The notes beneath the pieces are model-generated. The model searched no databases. It saw nothing but the letters and a program-made list of their open reading frames with translations, and was not told the DNA's origin. The translations under genes and the position numbers were made by a program. Below are positions 11,872 through 22,738 of a stretch of 64,000 nt of DNA, in pieces (positions within the stretch are counted from its first letter, which is position 1; the number at the start of each line of letters is the position of its first letter). Origin of the DNA: Gonapodya sp. JEL0774 (taxonomy: Eukaryota); contig JADIIX010000056.1 in NCBI GenBank assembly GCA_027604505.1, positions 62,001 to 126,000 on the forward strand. Direction: 5' to 3'.

Positions 11872-14250
11872 GTGCTTCCTTGTGGGACTTGCCTTGCGAA
11901 GCGCCGCATAGCTCTAAATTCCGAAGCCCGTTCTCACTCGGAGAAGCGCATTTCTCAGCAAAGGCCACCCGAGAGCAAACTGGATATTACTGAGCGCTCT
12001 GAGAAGCGTCGCAAGATTGATTCATCATCCTCTGAGAAAAATGACAATCCCTACTCCACACTCGAGCCGAGTGTCTCTGCACCTCAAACCTCTTCTCATC
12101 TGGTAGTTGACCCACTACCTCCAAGACATTTGATCGACGCACGTTATTGGAGAAGCGAAAAGGATGGGGAAAGACCCGCTTTAATGCTGGACCAGCCAGG
12201 AGGATACACATTACCCCGGAGGGCTGGGGAATCCTCTCACTCTCCGAGATACCAAGACTCTATTCCCGAGGGACCTCTTCAAGAAACTAGTCAACCAACG
12301 GAAACGTCCCCATCTCTTGGATGTACGGTTGAGAAAGAAGTGCACGGGAATAGTATGATTTTCAACCGTGAAGACCGCTCGGTTAACCGGGACCCCTCCG
12401 GGCGCCAATTTGACCAGAATTATATGGATGTGGATCTTAATGTCGCAGTCAAGGAGACGCAATCTAACGAGAAGGTAACGATTGACGTAGTTTTGTTTTC
12501 GCTGCCCTCCTGCATTTGCATTACGAGGAGGAATACTACGCGACGGGCTTCTTGCTCAATTGCACTGGAATTTGCTCGACGGGGGAAATTTGCCAGCATA
12601 GTAATCATGTCGCCTCCGTTTCACTAAAGGACTTGATGTCCAATCGCACATCCCTTGGTCATCCCCACGCAGACAGGGACTCTCAAAAGATAACGACAAC
12701 CAATGATTCTCACAGCTCAAAGGTCAAAGCGCTTGTTGCCTCTCTCGGAACGCAATATGGGAAAGAAGATGATCCCTTGTCACCTCCTAAATCCGAAAAG
12801 GATGCATTTTCGGGACCATCATCGTCAAGGGTTCTGTCTCAGTCTTCTAGTGACACTGGTTTGAGGCAGTTGCGTGATTTGCGTGCGGAAGACGGGTTAC
12901 GGAGTGACACCGTGCAGAAAAATAATTGGAACGGGACTGAAGCTGTCCGAGGATTAAAGCGGTCCCGTGATTCTTATTCCGGTGACGATCAAACCGACCG
13001 ATTTGAAAGGGCGAATTCTGGTGAGTTTTTGGTGTTTCCACATTAGTATTATGTCATCTAACACTAGAACTGGAAGCCGGAGCCAGCGAAGGAGCTCACA
13101 GAAGAGGCGATAAGAGGCAAGGTAGGTTTTAATGTCAGGAATGGAGATCTCATTTGGTAACCTGACTTCCCCATTAGAGTCAGCATGTTCGGAGACCAAG
13201 TATTTTGTTCTGCGGAGTAATAACTATGAGAACTTGGATATCTCTCGCGACAAGGTATGACATCTGCTCGGTCAAACTTACGCTCAACGTTTCATGAAAC
13301 TACGCTTCTAGAATGTGTGGGCAACCTTGAACCGAAACGCTGCCGTTCTCCGACAAGCGTTCGAAGTAAGCATGGGCTGGATTTTGGGGACTTCCGCATC
13401 TTTCGTCTGATCGTTTTCCACGGCGGTTTGGACTCCTTTCAGCGAGCCCGGAGAGTTGTCCTATTTTTTTCTGTGAATGAATCCCGACACTTTCAAGGAT
13501 ACGCGGAGATGATAACTAACGTTGGCGGGGCAGCTGATGTGGAAACTCCTTGGGCACGAATGTCCAACCTCTGCCCAAACTTCGGGGTCAAATGGCTCAA
13601 AGTGTGAGTTTAGACCATGAGGACCATTCCGATTTCCAGAACAAATAGTCGATTCTTTGTCACAGCAAAGAACTTAACTTCGACCACGTCAGCCAGATAA
13701 AAAATCCCTTAAATGAGAATAAATCAATACGCTCAAGTAGAGACGGGCAAGTGAGATGGTGATATCTGTTCTTGTTGGGTGCTTCTGATGGAACTGATCA
13801 ATCACTGATAAAAGGAACTCACTGAGGAGATCGCTATGATACTCATTGACGCTTTTGAGAGGGAAGGTCAGGTTCTCTTTGTCCGTGGGCGAACTCATTA
13901 CTGTTGACAATGGAGAATATGCTCTCATACAGGAGTACCCCCTGGAACGTCTCGCCAGCTCCACTCTGCAGAGTCTCGAGGTAGATTCCAATGCACAGTA
14001 ATATGCACGTTCTCATTGATTTTATGTTATTCGTTTTCAGGAAACGAGCGACGCCTCTCCGGTCGAGATAGAGTTTCTCGATCCCAACCCAGATCTTCTC
14101 ATGGGCCTGGGCGGGTGCAAGGCCAACGCTCTGCATTGCCCCGATCATTGCAGCGAGATAATGCCCGCTACTCTCATATTCAACCCATGTGGGACCGATC
14201 CCCTCAAAGTTATTACACAGGACCACAATTTTATTACGGTTCACCAGTAG
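11872..14250 (+). CDS. YTH-domain (YTHDC-type) m6A RNA-binding protein, with low-complexity N-terminus and a CCCH-like motif; start and end approximate
   Basis: Exons 13180-13860 splice to KYFVLRSNNYENLDISRDKNVWATLNRN...RVVLFFSVNESRHFQGYAEM...PW...FGVKWLK...NPLNENKSIRSSRDGQEL, a canonical YTH domain. Confidence 0.88.
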
Positions 14251-14479
14251 GTCCTGTCGTGCATTCTAGGCGAATAGCACAAGTTGATGCATTTGTGGCT
14301 GTTCAAGTTCTCTTACCCAGGTCCATTTATCCAGTACCCGTCATACCCCTCTCGATACAGCTGAACATTCTGTCTGCGAACGTAAAATCGTTTCACGTCA
14401 ATCTTTTGCCATCATTGTAAAGTAAAAGATAGAACTTCTCAAGGATTTCAACGTGCAGTCCAAAATTGAAGACTCTTCC

Positions 14480-17400
14480 ATGTCCATCGTCTCCTCACTT
14501 CCCCTTGTTTCCCCACCAGCCCGCCATGATATATGGAGTGGATTTTACAAGAAGGGTCTTCGGGAGAGACAGCATCAGTTAAAGCTCGCGTTCCCGAATC
14601 TTTTCTCCCAAGTTGACACTAATGGAACTGAGGAGGACAGTGGTGACATGTTCCCCATCAACGGTCTGGATGAGGATGTCGCAAACAACATGATTGAGAA
14701 CTGCATCGGGTACGCTCGCCGGCTTGACTTGTTGGTTCCATTCTTACGCTGAGTTCAATCTCACGAATTGGCAAGCACAATCGGCCTGCCAGTCGGATTG
14801 GCTCTCAACTTTACAATAAATGAGGAGGTAACTTCTCCGTCGTTGCTCTATGAAAATCTGCCTTGAACCGATTCCCACTCCGAATGATTAACTCACAGTC
14901 TTACGTGATCCCCATGGCAGTGGAAGAGCCGTCCGTTATTGCCGCAGTTTCTGGAGCAGCCAAAACAATCTCACAGTATGCTGATAAGGGAATGTTCATT
15001 GCTTCGTCTTCAGAACGCAATGTGGTTTTTGCGCAAGTCCAGCTCTTGGACATACCTCCTAGCGATGTTCAATGCGCCATGGAGAAGGTGATGTCACGTA
15101 GTACCTATAAATGAGTTTTCCTGGTTTGCACTTATGAATACGTACACTTTGCAGCTCGAAGCGCGAAAAGACCACTTGAAAGTTATTAGCAACAGCTTCT
15201 GCCCGTCCATGTATTCACGGGGAGGAGGTGGGTCGGTCGTGTAAACTTAACAATAGGCTACTATCAGAGCTTACGTGTTCATGTCAGGCGTGATTGAATT
15301 GACTTTCCGCAGAGTTGTTCGAAATCCTCCAAGAACGTTCAGCCCTCAACAAATTAATTTGTGTGGTTCCTTTGATTGGGTTGTTGTGCATCTACACATC
15401 GACGTCAAGGATGCTATGGGGGCAAATGTTGCCTCTCAAGTTGCGGAGGGGGTTGCTCCGATCCTTGCCGAAATCAGTGGAGGCCGTATTGGTCTGCGCA
15501 TTGTTTCCAATCTATGTACTCAACGCTCGGCGCGATCATCATTTCGCATTCCAGTCAAGAAGCTTAAGTATAAGGGACTCCCTGGTGAAGAGCTGGCGCA
15601 GCGAATTGTGGACGCTTATCAATGGGCCGAGGCTGATCCTTTTCGAGCGACAACACATAACAAAGGGATAATGAACGGTGAGAAGTGATATGTTTTGTCC
15701 AGGTCTTCCAAGTGGAAGTGCTTCCCTTTCTAGAACGCAATCCGCTTGTAGGCGTTGACGCGGTCGCAGTTGCCTTGGGTCAAGACTGGCGTGCTTTGGA
15801 AGCTGCTGCTCACGTCCACGCGTGTGGAAAAAATCATAACAACTATGGGAGTCTGACCAAGTACTGGATTGAAGAGTCTCCACCCACCTTGGATGGAGAC
15901 CAGCCCACACAAATATCTGAACGCTACTTGTGCGGTACACTCGAGTTACTTGTGCCTTGTGGTACTAAGGGTGGCGTACTACAGACTCATCCTGTTTATA
16001 ATTACACGATGGGCTTATGTGGCAACCCTGACTCCAGGAAGTTGGGGCACATGCTGGCTAGCGTTGGTCTAGCTCAAAACTTCGCCGCATTGCGTGCGTT
16101 GTGCTCTGAGGGCATCTCTAAGGGTCATATGAATTTGCATGCTCGAAATATCGCTATCGCGTAAGTTATTGATCGTCTTGTTAATAACGGATGCCTTTTC
16201 ACCGAATACTCCTTGTAGAGCAGGTGCTTCTATGAACGTTGTCGGAGAAGTGACGACTTGGATGATTTCATCTGGTAGAATTACTCTGAAAGCGGCACAA
16301 GAGTATTTGATAGCGCATCGCCTCCACAACGCTATTCAAACAAGTAGAAGGGCGAATCTTCACCACCCGGAGATGCCACCTTCGATGTTCTATTTTGCGT
16401 GAGTTTCGTTACTCCGTATTTCCAATTTCAACCCCACCGATCGCCATGTTGGGGCAGGGAATCGACCAAAGATTCTTTGCCTTCTGCACCCGGTTTTGAG
16501 GAGACTGTAACTCTTAATGTTGCATTCCAGACTCTGGAAAAGGAACCGACTAGTTTAGAGATCACCGACAATGGGGAGGTCAACGCTGTCACGGAGGACC
16601 TATTTGGGGAGAAGACAAGTAACTGGATTGCCACAACCATGCAAGTCATAAGCGGCTGCCAGTTGATCCCAAAGAAGTCAGCAAGGCGATCCAATGTTTC
16701 CTTTGTGCGGCGTCTCAAGTACATTACCCTGCTGATGAATCTCCTCTTGAGGCAACTGTCATCTAAGTTCCCAGCACAGACCCGTCTCTTCATTGAGGCG
16801 GTCTTGAGCCACGCTCGGGCATCCATTCTAGCCCCCCGCACACCCGAAATAAGTGTTCCATCGACGAGGCAACGCAGTGGTAGCGTCGTGTATATGACTC
16901 CGCCTGGAGCTCTGTCGGAAGAAGGGAAGGCCACAGTGGTTGCGCGTATCCGCCGGTCCTCGATCAACTACTTGAGTCTGGCCGCGGTAGCACGCGGTAG
17001 TTCTAAAGGCGTGATCGAGACAATTTTAGATAGCACTGTCGAAGCATCTAGAGCATTGGACTTGGGTTTGGTAAATGAGGAAAAGCAGAGCACTTCGGTG
17101 GAGTTGACAGATACCTCAAACACGCAAAGTTCTGGCTCTGCAGGAACTTGGGAGGAGAATGTTGAATGGACTTTGCCGGAAGAAAGTGGACTATTCAAGG
17201 AGGATGTTCTGGCACAGATTTTTGAACTCGAACCTGAACTCGGCACAAATATCAGAGCAGCCAAAATCGGCTTCCCTCTTCTACTCGCACTATGGCAAGT
17301 TTTTGAGCTGCGTGTCGCACAGTCAGTTACAAATCCACGTCTCTGCTCTATGTTGGTAGAGGAACAGCGGAGAAGTGTCTGCAGTATCGCATCCCTACCG

Positions 17401-17924
17401 CCGCCTGAAGACTTGGACCCGCAGGAGATTCTCTATATTTACGCAAAGCGTCTACCTGTCAAACTTTTCGTGTTACTTGATGCAGTCACCTTTGATCTGA
17501 GCGAGATCAACGACCAGAGACTTTCCGAAATCGACTCCCTAGGTTTTCTTGTCGAGTGGCACATGATGCGGATACACGATGTGTCGCGGTATGTAGACGT
17601 TGCTGAAGTAGTCTTCCGCAATCAGGTTTGTGCTGACCGTTTAGGTCATGTATTCCCAGAGCTGAAAGGGATCGTCGAGCGTTGCCGTCGACTTTAGCAA
17701 AATCCGATTTACATGCTCGGCTGGCAATGGGGAATGCATTCTATTCGTGGCTTAACCATCGATACGATGGCAGAGGGCCGGGAGGCGACGAGGAGCTAGT
17801 CCGCATGAAAAAGGAGTTCTTGAACGCGACAGAGAAGAACCCGAACAGACGACTTCAAGCAGACTTAGCCTATTGGGAAGCTTCAAAGGTGGTGATCGAT
17901 AAATGGTATAATATCCAACTCTAG
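14480..17924 (+). CDS. Class II (MvaA-type) HMG-CoA reductase with ~500-aa C-terminal fused region, multi-exon
   Basis: WSGFYK, MIENCIG, PMAVEEPSVIAA, PSMYSRGGG, DAMGAN, LRIVSNL, RATTHNKGIMNGVDAV..ALGQDWRA.EA, VGLAQNFAALRAL.SEGISKGHMNLHARN. GT-AG introns at ~16399 and ~17589 keep the C-terminal extension in frame to the stop at 17924. Confidence 0.92.
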
Positions 17925-17939
17925 TATCTGCATGCACGA

Positions 17940-18431
17940 CTAGCCACTTCGATGCTTCTCAATATCAAACAACGATTCATCACTGACACCCAGGGCACTT
18001 TGGGTTGCACGTTCTTTGAAAAGTTCATCATCACTCAATTCACCAATTTCGTCATCTGTCCAAAGAAGATTTGGTTCGTAAAAGTTCCCTTTGTGTAGAA
18101 GAGCAGAACTGTCACAAGGACATCACCTGTGGGTATGACCAGAAAACGTCTTCTTGTGACGCCACTGGCATGCGATCTCTGCAACAACTCAGCCTTCAAT
18201 CTCACAATTTCCTCTGCTATCACCAATGCTTGCTATCAACACGAATGCAATCATGTAGTTCACGTGCTCGGAAACCCACCTTGTGTTCTGACAATCGAGT
18301 GATCCCGGAGGGGAGTTGACGGCACACTGAAGTTGAAAATTGGAGGCTTATCCAAATACACAAGGAGAAAGTTCCAGTTCGGCTCCATCGGCATCTGTTG
18401 CTCTGTGTTGGGTTTTGCTTCTCCACGTCAT
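17940..18431 (-). CDS. Putative small orphan protein (~110 aa, 4 exons)
   Basis: Three phase-compatible GT..AG introns give MTWRSKTQHRATDADGAELELSPLCRQLPSGITRLSEHKQALVIAEEIVRLKAELLQRSHASGVTRRRFLVIPTDDEIGELSDDELFKERATQSALGVSDESLFDIEKHRSG*. No homology recognised. Confidence 0.45.
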
Positions 18432-18476
18432 CGGGACAGTTTTACACACAATCATTATGTATCAAATTAAATCAAA

Positions 18477-19924
18477 TCAGCTAGCAAAGAAACTATGTCT
18501 AAGGGCATCTGCGGCTGATATTCTTCGCTCAGGCTGGTACTCAATCAGTTTGCTGAGTAGATCGATCCCGGCTGGGTCCAATTTAGGGAGAATGGATTCG
18601 AGTGATTGGCGTTCGTACACAGGGAAGTCATTCTGAAATAAACCAAACTGATCTTTATACATTTGTTTCCAAGTCCAAAACAATGAGCCTACCTTCCAGT
18701 CTGGCAGGTTAGAAACACCTGGCCATGTCTGCTCATTTGGTGTTCCAAGATACTTAAATATTCGCATGAGCTGGTCTCTTACTGAGTTCCCACAGAAAAA
18801 AGGGCGACCAAAGGCCATCTCCGCCATGATGCAACCCGCAGACCACATGTCGATGGAAGTAGAATATTGTCGAGATCCCATGAGCACATCTGGTGCTCGA
18901 TACCATAATGTCACCACCTCATTCGAGTAGGAGCGCACAGGTATTCCAAAGGCTCTAGCAAGCCCAAAGTCACCGAGCTTCAATTCACCCTTCTGTCGAG
19001 CGAGCTGCACACTGTTACCGCCAATGCGTCAACGATTTCACCGCAATAAGTACCACACCTTATTGATAAGGAGATTCTACGGGGATTACGGCTGAGCATG
19101 AGGGAGGGAACACCTGTAGTCCGTACAATCGACTGGACACACCTGCGGTTTCAAGTCCCTATGCAGTACTCGGTGATCATGACAAAATGCGATTCCTTTC
19201 AGAAGTTGGTACATGAGTTGCTGAAACAAGTGGGTAGATGGGTGACACTGCTCGAGCCATTGGAGAAGGAGTTTCATTCACCTTTATTAAAGTGGGATCA
19301 ATCTCTCCCCCGTACATGTCCAAAAACTTCTTCAAGTCCGAATCCAGGTATTCGAAGACGAGTGTGAGTTTCTTTTCTGTGTGAATGACATCGTAGAGTC
19401 TGAAGAAGAAACCCGCACCGCTTTTCCACGACAGAAGCACAGAACGGCACGCAATAACTGCTAATATCCTACCTAACAATATTGGGGTGTTTCAGTTCCT
19501 TCAAGAGAGATATTTCTCGAATAGCTTCACATCAGTTACCAGATTAAGGCCGGAGTTCCTGGGGACAGACATAGAAGCATAGAGCAATACCTGTACAGGG
19601 AACACCCTATCGACCGGGGAATGTGAGCTCAAATGGGACTGATGAAGCTTGCGGGATCATTGGCACACCTCTTCCTCGTTGTCCAGCCGTATCTTACATT
19701 GTCCCAGCGGTGGTCGTCAGACGTCGTAACTATTGTCACAGGGAATAGCAGGTAACTGACCCGCTTTAGTGCCACTATCTCCTGTGTCTCCCAGTTCTGC
19801 GCTTTGTAAACTATGCCGTATGTGCCTTCCCCAAGCTTTTCGATTTTCTGGCAGCGATGGTGATTAGCAACCAAATAGACACAACTGCCAGATGTGGTTT
19901 GATCCTAACTTGGTACTTTTCCAT
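18477..19924 (-). CDS. PHO85: Cyclin-dependent kinase of the CDK5/Pho85 family (PCTAIRE helix)
   Basis: [129 protein letters not shown]. Confidence 0.95.
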
Positions 19925-19963
19925 GTTGACTGAAGATGGTTGCGCGGAATGGGTCAAAAAGCG

Positions 19964-19972
19964 TGCATATAT
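19964..19972 (-). promoter_or_regulatory. Candidate TATA element upstream of CDK5/Pho85
   Basis: Minus strand TTATATATG about 40 nt upstream of the ATG at 19924. Confidence 0.35.
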
Positions 19973-20215
19973 AATCGCAGTATCGCCAGCCGCCAGCCGT
20001 CACCTCACCCCCTACCCTCACCACAAGGTTCACGTTCATGCATGGTTATACATCATGCTGTCACACATTTGGTGGATAATTACACATCTACACGTCCCCA
20101 TCATCTGTCTGTTGTGTTGAATATGAGTCTTTGGGCTTGAGACTTTGCTTGTGCACTTCAAAATTCATGAAACGTGAATTATGTCACCCAGAAAATTGGT
20201 CAATTCTCCATGAAC

Positions 20216-22676
20216 TCACCAGAGTAAGCCCGGGATACATCGGACGTCGTCATCAGTCCCTGTAGAAAGGCGCCAAATATAAAATAGGCACGGAAGATTT
20301 GTCGCTTCACCCAATTCTTTGCTCACAGTGGGAAACATTCCCTGCACCTTGGCATAGACTTCCCTCCTAAGCTTTCCGTCATCTCGAGTCGATGGGCGCC
20401 GGTGCAACAAGCTGATGATGATAACAAATTTTCCGACCATTGTTGACATCGCTGATCGAAACATTAGAGAGGAGGACCTACTCGAACGCCTCTTGGGCCT
20501 CAGCCAACTCAGTCTCAGTCTGAATGGTATCGTATAGAGCAGTTCGCACATCTTTTGCCCATACAAATTTCTTTGCTGACTCGGTTCCGTCGGGCTGGTC
20601 AGATTCGGGATCAACAGAAGGGAGAGACGGAGCTTTTCCAACACGTTTTCCCTCGTTTTGCTTCTTCAGGTTCTTTTGTGCCTCCTACAAATCGTTGGCA
20701 CACACGTTCATCAAAGTTTCTTCTGCCTGAGAATTGCTTGTCGCCATCCACTCACTGACGCTCTCAAATCCACCACACCATTTCCTCGGGCCAATTCTAG
20801 GTTGATTCGAGAATGGAGTGCTGTGTATCTCAAAGTTACCAAGCCTTTCAATCGCTCAATTCTCGCAGGGAGAAGGCTGCGATTTAGTAGATTCTAGTGA
20901 TAATCATTAAGAAATGCATGCATATTCGTCATTCAAAAGTGATGTCAGAACTCACCTTCATGGTCAATTTGTTGTATGGCATAACCTTCGACATCTGTCT
21001 AGCTACCGTCTCCAATGTAGCTTCGTCGGTGTTGATGGTATCCAGGGTAAGCGCCAAACGGGTAACGATATCTTTGAGGTTCGTCGGGAAGATCTTTTTG
21101 TCCTCGAACAGTTCTAAATATAAATGGACTTTAGCATCCCCTAGTCACCTCTTGACAAAGATGAGGGCGACAACCTTTAGAGGCCTCTGTCACGAGATCA
21201 TCAAAAACATCTTGTATCTCGTCCGGCAAGAACAACTGCAACAACAAAAGGTGAGCAGCCACCATATCATCAAAAGGGGCGATATCCAAAGCATACAAAT
21301 TTCTTCTCCTTCTGAAGAATGGGAGACTCAGTTCCGATAGCGGTGATAATTTGCTCCTTGTGGTCCAGAGCCGGGGTCTTCTCTTGTTCCAACACCGTTG
21401 ATATGCCTGATGCGGAAATCGGAACTTCTTGAAAAGCACTGGAGGTACTACCATTTGTATGAGGGGTGTGCGCAGATATAGCTGGCGTATTCAACGATAC
21501 CGGGATATTTGCCGGAGTGGGCTCTTTGGGGGTAGTTCTTTTACGCTGGATATTCACAGTGAAACACAGTGTATTAGTCGCATGATAGTGCGATACCACC
21601 ATTCCAAAAGATACCAAGACTACGAACTTACTTTTCTTGCGGGGCCTTGCTCCTCCTTATCTCCAACCTTCTCGCCACCTTGTGCCGACAAAGCGGGTGG
21701 TGCCGAGGGGCCAGCTGATTCAAAATCTTCACGTTCCGATTGGTCTCCAGCCGGCTTTCGTGCTCGGCGGATGCCAGTGCTATTGCGTTTTCTTTTGGTT
21801 TGTTGTTGATCCTCTTCTTCGTTTCTGTGGTTCGGCGGATGGAAGTGCAGGTAACCAAAAGGATCGTGCACGCCCTGGAAAACACTTCACGCTGAGAAAT
21901 AACTCCTCCCCGAATCTTCTCACTTAATTGTTTCCAAGAGTCCGCAGCGTATCCAGTGAAAAGCCCCAGTTCTGTTGTCAGACCAACTCACTTCACGACA
22001 GGTATTCGCTCCACAGGACCACGCCACACAAAGAATCCCATATCTCGAGGCTTATATATGTCAACGGCTTCTAGTGCTTTGAATTCTGAATCGTCAATAA
22101 ACGGGTCATTCAAGTCGTAGTAATCGTCATCAGGATCAAGTGGCGGGCGGCCACGACTTCTCGGTTTCAGTTCAGCTGTGGTAGGAGGAGCAGGATGGCC
22201 ATGTGGAGGATTCGGTGGATTGGAGGAATCGGGGGCCTTTTCAGTCACCGGGTTGTCCGTGTCGTCCACACCAGTCTTTGTACAGTCGTGGACAAGAGCG
22301 GTAAACAGAATGAGCTCAAAATCGTCAATTGTGAACACCTGAAAATCAAGGGCTTAGAATTACACTGTACCTCGCTGGCTTGGTCATCTGATTCCGCCTC
22401 TGGGCTGTCATCGCTATCGGTACCGGAAACATCACGCATTACCGTGTCGACTTGACAATCATCGGGTCCGGCGCCGGCCTCACTGCTGGCGTGGTTGAGA
22501 TTCCGTGTGAATGCACCGTCAACGCTTTGGTCTGGAGAATTGGCTCTCTCCCTGTCTTTCCGCTCTTCAAGAAGCGCAGCAAAGTCGAACACGTTTTCCT
22601 CATATTTTTCCGATAAGAGTAGGTGGATCCGTACTGCACGCGAAGATTCATTTTGTTGAATGGGTACAGAAGTCAT
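20216..22676 (-). CDS. Hpc2/ubinuclein-like HIR(A) histone chaperone subunit
   Basis: HUN/HRD motif DDDYYDLNDPFIDDSE...GFFVWRG, N-terminal 'NVFDFAALL' motif, and a helical middle region (FPRSLDTL..., YAKVQGMFP) like the ubinuclein middle domain. Confidence 0.8.
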
Positions 22677-22738
22677 TGATAACGTGAGGACAGCGAGCGG
22701 AGTGCACGCAAACACATTGCAACAACATATGTAATCTT

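Noticed and set aside
21888..21910. GCTGAGAAATA resembling TPP riboswitch J3/2
   Set aside because: It is antisense to the Hpc2 gene and the rest of the aptamer is absent.
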